Source of the DNA: Pseudomonadota bacterium
Lineage (GTDB): Bacteria; Desulfobacterota; Desulfobacteria; Desulfobacterales; JBDRRP01
Length of the DNA stretch: 64,000 nt
Assembly: GCA_043825735.1 (NCBI GenBank)
Contig: JBDRRP010000105.1
Coordinates: 1-64,000 of the forward strand
Reading direction: 5' to 3'
Shown here: positions 19,834-28,297 of the stretch, in pieces
How the letters are laid out: each line of letters opens with the position of its first letter
How positions within the stretch are numbered: position 1 is the first letter of the stretch
The notes under the pieces: model-generated
Told to the model about the DNA's origin: nothing
What the model saw: the letters and a program-made list of their open reading frames with translations, nothing else
Databases searched by the model: none
Program-made: the position numbers and the translations under genes

Positions 19834-21444
19834 CTATGCGGTGTCCGATGAGAACACGTTCGGCGCATCGGGGGCGAACTGCTCCCGAAGCTCCCGATCC
19901 AGCGCCTTTTCGGAAATCGTCTTTGGAATCTCGTCCACGACTTGCAGGTAGGACGGGATATAATTGGGCTCAAGCGCGCGCCGGCAAGCATCGAAGATCT
20001 CTGCCGGATCGATGCGGTGGCCTGGAAAGGGGCTCAGCGCAGCCACCAGATCGCTTTCACCCGGTGCGCCCGAGGCGGCCGGGACGCCGTAAACGCAGAC
20101 CTCACTCACGTCCGCAAGCGCCCCCAACACCCGCTCGATGTGGTCGGGCTGGATAAAATCACCGGCCCGCCGCAGCGCGCTGCCTTTACGGTGGCAAAAG
20201 AAGTACCATCCCTTCTCGTCTCGGGTGACGATGTCGCCGGTCCGCAGCCAGCCGCCACGGGTTTTGTCTTCCGAGGCCTGGGTGTTGCCCAGATAGTCCA
20301 CGGTGGTCTCGCCTTTCATCATTCGGCAGATGAGCTCGCCCGGCTGTCCGGGGGCGGTGTCCTGGTCGCTGTCGTCAACCACCCGAAAGGCCATCATTCC
20401 GGGAATCGGCTTGCCGAAGGATCCCACGGGCCCCACCCCCGGCGGTTTGTAGGCAAAGCCGCCCTCCACGGCCCCGTACCACTCCAGGATCTTCAGGTCG
20501 AATCGTCGCTCGAAATCTTCCCAGATGGACGCCGGAGTGCCGGCGCTGATGACGATCCGGACCGGATTGTCGCCGTCGTCTTCCCGGGGCGGCTCGTTGA
20601 AAATCCCTGCCATCATGCCGCCCAGCAAGGAAAAACTGGTGCAGCCGTAGGTCCGGCAGATATCCCAGATGCGACTCTTGGTGAACCGGGCGCTGAACAC
20701 CGCCGGGATGCCGGCACCCAGGGCGGGAAAGAGGGTCACCGCCTGGGCGTTGCCGTGGGTGAGGGACAGTCCGGTGTACAGCACATCTTTGGGCGTGTAC
20801 TTCCACACCAGTTTGGTAACGATGTTGAAGACGCCGAAACGGTTATTGCGTATCATCACCCCCTTGGGGTCACCGGTGGTGCCGGAAGTGTAAATGATCT
20901 GCATGGGATGGCGCACATCCATGATCTGCTGGGGCACCGTTTCCCAGGCGTCCTTTTCCAGCGTCTCGTTGAGGACGGGATAGGCGGCCGGCACCGGCAG
21001 CCCGTGCGCTTTTCGCCACACCACAAATACATGCTTCACGCCCGCGGTCCGTGGTAGCACTGCTTCCAACTGGGGCAGCAGTTCGTCGCTGACAATGACG
21101 GTTTTGACCCCTGAGTGTTCCAGGAGAAAGCGCAGCCGCTCGCCCCGACTGCGGGGATCGATAGGCACCATGATCGCCCCGATCACCGGCCCGGCCAGCA
21201 TACCGTAGACGAACTCGGCGTGATTACGCATGAACAGGGCATAGGTGTCGCCCTTTGTCATCCCGGCATCCAGAAACAACCGCGCAACCTTGTTGGACTG
21301 CTCAAAGAGCTGCCGGTACGTGACACGGTCAGCCTCGGCATCGCCGTTTTCAAACACCAGGATTTCCTGGTCGGGTTTGTCATCGGCCTTCATCTCGATC
21401 AGGTGTGAGACGATGGCCTGGTTCAAATGGGCCTTGGATGGCAT
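19834..21444 (-). CDS. ATP-dependent acyl-CoA ligase (CaiC-like)
   Basis: YTSGTTGDPKG, WYGAVEG, GWLRTGD, IPKTISEK. Confidence 0.92.
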   Translation of the reverse strand: MPSKAHLNQAIVSHLIEMKADDKPDQEILVFENGDAEADRVTYRQLFEQSNKVARLFLDAGMTKGDTYALFMRNHAEFVYGMLAGPVIGAIMVPIDPRSRGERLRFLLEHSGVKTVIVSDELLPQLEAVLPRTAGVKHVFVVWRKAHGLPVPAAYPVLNETLEKDAWETVPQQIMDVRHPMQIIYTSGTTGDPKGVMIRNNRFGVFNIVTKLVWKYTPKDVLYTGLSLTHGNAQAVTLFPALGAGIPAVFSARFTKSRIWDICRTYGCTSFSLLGGMMAGIFNEPPREDDGDNPVRIVISAGTPASIWEDFERRFDLKILEWYGAVEGGFAYKPPGVGPVGSFGKPIPGMMAFRVVDDSDQDTAPGQPGELICRMMKGETTVDYLGNTQASEDKTRGGWLRTGDIVTRDEKGWYFFCHRKGSALRRAGDFIQPDHIERVLGALADVSEVCVYGVPAASGAPGESDLVAALSPFPGHRIDPAEIFDACRRALEPNYIPSYLQVVDEIPKTISEKALDRELREQFAPDAPNVFSSDTA

Positions 21445-21529
21445 AGGGTTACCTCGTTAAAAAGGCTCAATGTTCAACGCTTGATGCGGTGTCGCTACGC
21501 GCAGTTGTTTTTCGGGACGATCCACCCAT

Positions 21530-21701
21530 TAGAGCTATTGACATAAATATGTTCCGTTTGCACAAAACCTCCTGGTGAGCATCGAAATCGAAATCGCTAT
21601 CGGTATCGGCCTTGGAAAACATCGATTTCGATCCCGATATCGATCCCGACCCCGAGAGGATCTCGGGGATCAAACGGAACATTATTCTGGCAATCACTCT
21701 A
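21530..21701. mobile_element. MITE-like element, full-length ATCG-hexamer copy with imperfect 31-bp terminal inverted repeats
   Basis: Left TAGAGCTATTGACATAAATATGTTCCGTTTG vs reverse complement of right TAGAGTGATTGCCAGAATAATGTTCCGTTTG (25/31); TA at both ends. Confidence 0.65.
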
Positions 21702-21871
21702 AATGTTTGGCTAAATGGGTGTCGCAGGTATCCTCTTTTTCGGTCTCGGCTTCTTCTAATGATCGCTGTCAGCAGCCTGCCGCTGCAGCGTGACCGGAAC
21801 CGGCGCAAAGAAATGCCGGCATGAAAGGCGATATGGCAACATGCCTTACTTGAGTATTGAATATGGCGCGC

Positions 21872-22522
21872 CTAGTCTTCCACCGCTCCGATAAACCCCC
21901 GGTTGTAGGTCGGAAACTCCTTGTCGAAAATTTCATCCCAGTGCTCCCGGGTCCAGTACTCGTGCCTATCGAAGAAGGGGTTCTTGCGGGCGGCACTCAC
22001 CGCAACGCTCACGCAGATGTCCACCCCGGTGATGATCTCCATCGCCATGGCGGCAAAGGCAAGGCTGCTGAACACCCGGCAATGGAGCCCCAGCCGGTGC
22101 GCGGCGCTGGCCGCGGCATTGGCCGCGATGCCCAGGTTGATGTTTTTAAACAGACAGGATGGGCCGTTGGCGGTGAGGGACTCCATCTCTTCGGCCGCGT
22201 TCATCTCCTTGCAGGTGCGAAACCCGCAGGCCCCGCAGTTGTAGTTGAAGTCGGACTTGCGCTTGTCGCCCATGACCAGCAGCGTGCAGGGCTCCTTCAT
22301 CAACTGGATCAGGTTGCGGCCATCGCGTGCGGCCAGGGGGGACATGTCCCCCAGGGAGAAGCAGTATTCGGCGATCTGCTCCAGTTCTTCGTTGCCCACG
22401 GCGATGATCTTCACCGTGTTGCGGTCGTTGAAACGGAAGCTGTTGTGGGCGGCCAATGCCATGAGTTCCACGGCCCGGTCCAATCCGGCCTGGACCATTT
22501 GGGACATATCGGTAATTGCCAT
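21872..22522 (-). CDS. DUF2148-like ferredoxin-domain protein, paralog 2
   Basis: NCGACGFRTC...GPSC, NLGIA, KNPFFDR motifs. Confidence 0.8.
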   Translation of the reverse strand: MAITDMSQMVQAGLDRAVELMALAAHNSFRFNDRNTVKIIAVGNEELEQIAEYCFSLGDMSPLAARDGRNLIQLMKEPCTLLVMGDKRKSDFNYNCGACGFRTCKEMNAAEEMESLTANGPSCLFKNINLGIAANAAASAAHRLGLHCRVFSSLAFAAMAMEIITGVDICVSVAVSAARKNPFFDRHEYWTREHWDEIFDKEFPTYNRGFIGAVED

Positions 22523-22541
22523 GGTCTTTTCCCTTTCTGTC

Positions 22542-23213
22542 TCAACTGTAAATAGAACGAAACTGCGGCCACAGCCGGTTGATCATGCGGTCGTTCATGG
22601 AGCGCTGGTTGATTTCGGCATATTTTTGGGGAATGTCCCTGAACGGACTTTTCTCCGTCACGGAGATCGCCACGGCCAGTGCAAAGCCCGTGGCCCGGGG
22701 CAGCCGACCCAGGCGCATGGCCGCCACACCGGCGGACCAGTAGACCCCGTAGTCGATGCCCAGATTCCGTGCCTGGCCAACCATGCCGTCCACGGCATAA
22801 GCGATGTTGGCGGCCCTGAAAGTGCACAGCGGACCGGTAAACGCCACATCCGGATCGGCAGGCAGCTTTTTTTCTTCCTTGAGGTACTCACAGACCAGTT
22901 TGCCGCACATGTTGCAGTTGATGTCGGCCGGGTCGGTGAGGCTCCTCAGAGAGGTGGCGATGAGCAGCGCGTCGGCATCCCGGAGCATGGCCGCGTCCCG
23001 CGCGAAAAACGCCCAGCTTTCCTTGATGCCGGCCATCTGTTCCATCTTCTGGCAGATATCCTCGATGTCGCAGGCGTCGTCTACAATATGGATGGTGCAC
23101 TCGCCCACGCCCCCCACCCGGGGTGTCGTAGTGCCCGAGGCCAGGATCAGCCGCGCGGCCATTCGTGCCGATTCGCTTCGGTCTGTTTCGTATTGCTTGA
23201 TGCTGCGTTCCAT
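22542..23213 (-). CDS. DUF2148-like ferredoxin-domain protein, paralog 1 (divergent)
   Basis: FARDA, NCNMCGKLVC...GPLC, SAGVAAMRLG, KSPFRD; AAAGGAG RBS. Confidence 0.75.
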   Translation of the reverse strand: MERSIKQYETDRSESARMAARLILASGTTTPRVGGVGECTIHIVDDACDIEDICQKMEQMAGIKESWAFFARDAAMLRDADALLIATSLRSLTDPADINCNMCGKLVCEYLKEEKKLPADPDVAFTGPLCTFRAANIAYAVDGMVGQARNLGIDYGVYWSAGVAAMRLGRLPRATGFALAVAISVTEKSPFRDIPQKYAEINQRSMNDRMINRLWPQFRSIYS

Positions 23214-23232
23214 GGCGGTCCTCCTTTCAATG

Positions 23233-23640
23233 TCACTCGGTGGGCAGACCGTTAGATCGTGCCCAGTCGGGATATGCCGCGTAGGCCGGTTTCAGCAGTG
23301 GGAGCAGCTTGAGGACTTTAGGCATGGGGCCTTTGGCCTTGATGAGCCCCTTGGCCAGCGCAATGGGCATGCCGATCTGCTTGAGCCAGAACTTATGGCA
23401 GGTGTCGCCGCTCAGGGTCATCTCGATGGTGGCTTTCATATCCTGGGCGCCCCACCGGACCTCGCCGGTGGTGCCGTCACCCGGGGTCACCCACAGCTCG
23501 GCGGTGGGATCGGAGATGGTGAATTTGATGGTAATGTCGGACTTGACGAATTTGGGGCCGAATTCCGGATCCGAGAGCAGTTTTTCAAAAAGCCCTCCCA
23601 AAACAGTCTGCATTTTCTCTTTGCTTTCAAAAACGGCCAT
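23233..23640 (-). CDS. SCP2 sterol/lipid-binding domain protein
   Basis: HKFWLK...ALAKGLIKAKGPMPKVLKLLP SCP2-like C-terminus; GAAGGAG RBS. Confidence 0.8.
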   Translation of the reverse strand: MAVFESKEKMQTVLGGLFEKLLSDPEFGPKFVKSDITIKFTISDPTAELWVTPGDGTTGEVRWGAQDMKATIEMTLSGDTCHKFWLKQIGMPIALAKGLIKAKGPMPKVLKLLPLLKPAYAAYPDWARSNGLPTE

Positions 23641-23707
23641 GGTGTCTCCTTCCAGACGCAATGTGGTTGTCGTCGATGGGCGGGGCGGAAACATCCGCCC
23701 GCCATGC

Positions 23708-24337
23708 TCACCGGTTCTCAGGCGGATGCATCGCTGTGATATGGGGGCCCAGGAGCCCCATGATGGCCTTTCTAAATGATGCCACCGCCCACGGCGTCGT
23801 GTGACACGCCGGATCTAGAAACCAGCGCGTGGCGATCCCCTGATAGATGGCGGAGATGGTGCGGGCGGTGCTTTCCGGATCCAGATCAGTGAACAGGCCG
23901 CGATCGAGGCCTTCGCGCAGCGCCTCACGCAACAGCGCCACCCAGCCGTCGATCCACCCGTGGAAGATCTCGCGGTAGTCGTCATCGTGCACGGCGATGG
24001 CCATAAAGTCGAAAAGCAGTGGATAGCCGATGCCCATGTCCGGGTTTTCCAGATCGTAGAGCCAGTCAAACGAGAGGATCCTGTCCAGGGGGTCTTCCAA
24101 CTGGCCCATGGTGTCACGGCCCCGCTGAAAGATCCGCTCGAAAAATTCCTGAAACACCGATTTAAAAAGCTCGTTTTTTGACCGGTAGTAATGGGCGAGG
24201 CCACCCTTGGACATTCCGGCGGCCCGACAGACATCATCCATGGTCACGTTGGCGCAACCGCGCTCGGCAATCGTGCGCATTCCGGCATCGATGATCTGCG
24301 CTTTACGAATCGCCTCCAGCTCAGGGATGGGGGGCAT
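23708..24337 (-). CDS. TetR/AcrR family transcriptional regulator (BetI-like C-terminus)
   Basis: HTH: TMDDVCRAAGMSKGGLAHYYRSKNEL; AAGGAG RBS. Confidence 0.93.
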   Translation of the reverse strand: MPPIPELEAIRKAQIIDAGMRTIAERGCANVTMDDVCRAAGMSKGGLAHYYRSKNELFKSVFQEFFERIFQRGRDTMGQLEDPLDRILSFDWLYDLENPDMGIGYPLLFDFMAIAVHDDDYREIFHGWIDGWVALLREALREGLDRGLFTDLDPESTARTISAIYQGIATRWFLDPACHTTPWAVASFRKAIMGLLGPHITAMHPPENR

Positions 24338-24431
24338 GGACTGATCTCCTTGTATGAAACGCCTGTCGGCAGCGCGCGTTCGCGGTGCGGCCCGCCATGA
24401 CGTGAGGGGTTCGGAAAAAACCGGCGGATAT

Positions 24432-24493
24432 TCCGTCCAGTCGGTAAACCGACCGCCTGGTCGGTATATATGCGACTGTTTTTGCCGTGTCAA
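24432..24493 (-). promoter_or_regulatory. Sigma70 promoter with tandem palindromic TetR-type operators
   Basis: TTGACA-17-TATATA; imperfect ACCGAC-NN-GTCGGT palindromes at 24432-24445 and 24452-24465 just downstream of the -10 box. Confidence 0.65.
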
Positions 24494-24788
24494 ATATTTT
24501 TTGATTTTTTCTCAGACCATGAATGCCATTCACATTAATTGGCGGCAAGCGCCCGCCCCGGGTGCGGGTTTTCTGACACGCCCCCTTTCCAGGCTGTCAA
24601 CTCACTGACGACCGGGTCCGGACACCACCCCCGGCTTCGGCACCGCCCCTGACCGCCGCGCCCTAAATCGTGCCTATCCAGAGACTTTTTGTTCCCTCTT
24701 TATGCTGGCATAATACCTGCAGAGTCATCCGGTGAACCTTTGAACCGGGATATGATCCCGATCGATCGCACCAACAAGGACGAAGAAA

Positions 24789-26384
24789 ATGCCTGCGGAA
24801 ACACCCGGGAGTCCCACGACCGCTCTGGACCGATTGATCATGGAAAGCGAAAACTGGCTGATGGCGCGCATCCTCCATTATGCCAAGACCCAGGGCTTTA
24901 CCCGCTACACCTCCACGCTCCTGGAAGCCTGGCAGTTGTCCATTTCTGGCCTGTCGGCATCCCTCGTGACAGCGCTGCGCCGATCGCCGGCCGAACTCGA
25001 ACTCTCCCCCGACGACGATTACAGCGCCGATCCGGCGGCGGCCTTCGGCGTCACCCAGGCGAAGCGCCACCGGCAGCGCGGGATCAACCTGGCGATGTTT
25101 CTGGCGTTGATGAAATATTACCGGCAGGCATACCTGGATCTGGTCGACCACGGCGGCTTTGCCGGTGATGCGCACAATGCCTGCCGGCACGCCATCATCC
25201 GGTTCTTCGACCGGGTGGAAATCGGCTTCACCACGGCGTGGCTGTCAACCACCGAGCAGGACCGGGTGAACGAACTGCAAGACACCAACCGGCGGATGAC
25301 CAACGAAAAAAACAAATATCTTACCGTTTTCGAAAGCCTGCCCATCGCTGTCATTTTGGTTGGCGACGATCTGTACGTGGAGAACATGAATGACACGGCC
25401 CGTCGATTCATTGGCAAGGCGACCCAATCAATTTCACAATATTACCCCTTGGAACCGGAGACGCCCAACCACAGCGTCAGCGGCAAGCAACCGTTCAGCA
25501 CCCTCTTCCCCTGGCTGGCCGATGCGGTGCTCGAATTTACGCGGGATAATCAACCGGGAATGTATTTCATAACGCAAATTGATTCGGGCAGCCGCCGGCA
25601 CCACATTCACGTACGGCTATCGCGGATGCTGGATGTATCGGACAAGTTCCGAGGGACACTCGTATTTCTGGAAGATGTGAGCGAGCGGATTCTGGCCGAT
25701 CAGGCGGTCAAGGAAAAAGAATCATTTTTGCACACCGTCCTGGATGCCATCCAGGACGGCATCTGCGTTCTGGACCCGCAGTTCAATATTCTTCAGGTCA
25801 ACCAGGCCATGGAAAAATTGTACCAGGGCAAATACCCCCTGGTCGGCAAGCGATGCTACCAGGCCTATCACGGCCGACAGGAGATGTGTACGGTTTGTCC
25901 GTCCCGACGCGCCATGGACACCGGCCAGCCGCAGGTCAACGAAATTCCGCTCATTGTGGGCAGTCAGCAGCAGGGATGGCTGGAAATTTACGCGTATCCG
26001 CTGAAAGACGGTGGCGGCACCATTACCGGTGTGGTGGAGTATGTCCGGGACATTACAGAAAACAAAAAAGGTGAAGCGGCCCTCCGGGAAAGCGAACGCC
26101 TCCAGGGCGTTCTTGAAACAGCGGGTGCGGTGGGCCACGAACTCAACCAGCCGCTGCAAAGCGTGATGGGTCAAAGCGAGCTCATGTTTCTCGACCTGGA
26201 TCCGTCCTCGCCGGTTTACCCGCGTATGGCATTGATCCGTGAACAGGTGTACAAAATGGGTGACATTACCCGGAAACTGATGGGGATCACCCGTTACCGC
26301 ACCAAACGCTGCGGCAAAACCGATATTCTGGACATCGATAATGCATCCACATCCGTGAAAAACGCCGGGGGCAGGCCCAAATGA
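24789..26384 (+). CDS. PAS-PAS sensor with HisKA domain but no HATPase domain
   Basis: Helical N-terminal domain, two PAS domains (second with CYxxYH...CxxCP), GHELNQPL, ends about 70 aa later. Confidence 0.85.
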   Translation: MPAETPGSPTTALDRLIMESENWLMARILHYAKTQGFTRYTSTLLEAWQLSISGLSASLVTALRRSPAELELSPDDDYSADPAAAFGVTQAKRHRQRGINLAMFLALMKYYRQAYLDLVDHGGFAGDAHNACRHAIIRFFDRVEIGFTTAWLSTTEQDRVNELQDTNRRMTNEKNKYLTVFESLPIAVILVGDDLYVENMNDTARRFIGKATQSISQYYPLEPETPNHSVSGKQPFSTLFPWLADAVLEFTRDNQPGMYFITQIDSGSRRHHIHVRLSRMLDVSDKFRGTLVFLEDVSERILADQAVKEKESFLHTVLDAIQDGICVLDPQFNILQVNQAMEKLYQGKYPLVGKRCYQAYHGRQEMCTVCPSRRAMDTGQPQVNEIPLIVGSQQQGWLEIYAYPLKDGGGTITGVVEYVRDITENKKGEAALRESERLQGVLETAGAVGHELNQPLQSVMGQSELMFLDLDPSSPVYPRMALIREQVYKMGDITRKLMGITRYRTKRCGKTDILDIDNASTSVKNAGGRPK

Positions 26385-26586
26385 CATCCACCGAGATCGT
26401 CATACCGCTCATGGCCGAATCCGGACAGCGCCGTGCAAGTTCGGTCTCCGCCGTAGAAAAGCGGCCCACATTCATGTATTAGGTAGGTGGCACCCTCAGA
26501 AGCACCGCGATGGCACTGCCACAGAGAAGGCCGCTTCATTTATACCATCGATGCCCGGTGGCAACGTCGACATTGAAAGGGTTCAA

Positions 26587-27042
26587 ATGGACGTCAAATA
26601 TATCAACCCATTCCTGGTGGCCGTGGAAAACGTATTCAACACCATGCTGGAGCTGCCCTTCAAGCTGGGCAAACCGACGCTGAAAAAAGAGCCGGTGCCC
26701 GAGCAGGAGATCAGCAGCATCATCGGCCTGTCCGGGGATGTCAGCGGTTGCGTGGTCATCAATCTTTCAAAGGAATTGGCCCTTCGACTGGCCTCCGCCC
26801 TGCTCGACGAAGAACTCACCGAAATCGACGAGGACTGCACCGATGCGATCGGCGAAATTGCCAACATGATTGCCGGCAACGCCAAGACCGACTTCCCTGC
26901 GGGAAATACGTCCATCTCCGTTCCCAGCGTGGTGATCGGCCGGCATAAGATGCGTTATCCCCAAGGCATTCCGGTCATCAGCTTTCCCTGTATCACTGAC
27001 AGCGGCCAGCTTATCATCGACCTGGCCATGAAGGTGAACTGA
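26587..27042 (+). CDS. cheX: CheY-P phosphatase CheX
   Basis: YINPF, SSIIGLSGD, DAIGEIANMIAGNA, ISVPSVVIG. Confidence 0.92.
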   Translation: MDVKYINPFLVAVENVFNTMLELPFKLGKPTLKKEPVPEQEISSIIGLSGDVSGCVVINLSKELALRLASALLDEELTEIDEDCTDAIGEIANMIAGNAKTDFPAGNTSISVPSVVIGRHKMRYPQGIPVISFPCITDSGQLIIDLAMKVN

Positions 27043-27079
27043 CACCGGGCCGGAGACAGCGGCAGGGCACATTTGCCCA

Positions 27080-27109
27080 TTGACACGCCGGTTGCCGTGA
27101 CACTACAAT
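27080..27109 (+). promoter_or_regulatory. Sigma70-type promoter
   Basis: TTGACA-18-TACAAT. Confidence 0.55.
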
Positions 27110-27374
27110 TTCCAACAACATCCGGTTGCCGCCTGTCCGGATCATCATTGCCAGCGACAGCGCCAGCTCAGTGGAAGGAACGCGACCAGCGGCCCTTTCT
27201 CATAGACACGATTGTGGATGCCATCTCTACCGGAGCGCGCTGAAGCGCATGCCGATAACAATTTTTCAAAATGGCCGCCTCAGAGACTGGCTGAGGGGAA
27301 TGCGGCGATGGGCAGGCGCCGGCAGGATGGTGCCGTTGCGCCGTGGCCGCACCGATTTCACCGTGCCCCCGCAA

Positions 27375-28070
27375 ATGGAAACGATACCACCGGCAACAAT
27401 TCCCACCGACACCCTCGAAGCATACCTCTTTGCGCAGGGAAACTTCCCCGAAGACATCCTGAAATGCCGAGGCCTCATGGCCCTGCCGAGGCAGATTGTC
27501 GAAATCGGCTGCGGCACGGCGGACATCGCCCGGCAAGTGGCGCTTCAGAACCCTGATATCGGGGTGTTGGCCACCGACATATTCGACTGGAGCGGTCCCG
27601 GCGGCTGCGGGTCCGGCTACCGCCGGGTGGCGCTGGCCTGGCGGGAAAAACGATTGAACACGCAACAGGCCTGCCCGGAAAATTTGGCCGTTCTGCGCGC
27701 CGAGATTGCCATCCTCGATCACCTGCCCCCCCACAGCATCGACGCTGTAATGCTCATCAACCCGGAACCGACCGTGGGCAAGGCGATCCTCACCCACCTG
27801 GCAGCACCGGCCATGTACCGGAAACTCAAACCGGGTGCCGGCCGTATCGTGGTGATGCCGTTTTCCCGTGAAATGGGAATTATGTCCTGCGGCGGGCTGG
27901 AGTTCGATCACGGCCCGGATTTCTCGCGGGGACTTGGCTTTCTAAAATCATCGCCTCTGGCCTTCCACAAGGGGGGGCGTCAGCACTGGAACGTCGATCT
28001 CGCCGCCTCACGCTACACGCCGAACTCCACCCAGTCGGATGTCTACGTCCATCAAGTGGCGCCGCAATAA
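27375..28070 (+). CDS. Putative SAM-dependent methyltransferase (TrmB-like fold)
   Basis: IVEIGCGTADIA motif I, VLATD, IDAVMLINPEP; start uncertain (frame open from 27126). Confidence 0.6.
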   Translation: METIPPATIPTDTLEAYLFAQGNFPEDILKCRGLMALPRQIVEIGCGTADIARQVALQNPDIGVLATDIFDWSGPGGCGSGYRRVALAWREKRLNTQQACPENLAVLRAEIAILDHLPPHSIDAVMLINPEPTVGKAILTHLAAPAMYRKLKPGAGRIVVMPFSREMGIMSCGGLEFDHGPDFSRGLGFLKSSPLAFHKGGRQHWNVDLAASRYTPNSTQSDVYVHQVAPQ

Positions 28071-28089
28071 CCGCACGCGCCTGCGTTGA

Positions 28090-28276
28090 TTATCACCACG
28101 AAGGACACGAAGGACACGAAGATTTTATAATTCATACCTCGCGCAGAGGCGCAAAGACGCAGGGAAAAACACTCGCGCAATTCCATTTTCCGCAGTTCTC
28201 TGCGTCTCCGCGCCTCTGCGCGAGATATATTTTTTGGGGGGTTAAAAAACCTTCGTGCACTTCGTGTTCTGGTTCA
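28090..28276. repeat. Nested repeat: GCGCAGAG hairpin inside a CACGAAG hairpin
   Basis: Outer CACGAAG/CTTCGTG clusters, inner TCGCGCAGAGGCGC...GCGCCTCTGCGCGA; inverted match to 181-312. Confidence 0.8.
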
Positions 28277-28297
28277 CATTCACTGCGGCGGATAAAG

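Noticed and set aside
27270..27320. SAM-I-like fragment AGAGACTGGCTGAGGGGA upstream of the methyltransferase
   Set aside because: The remaining conserved elements are missing; it is a simple hairpin
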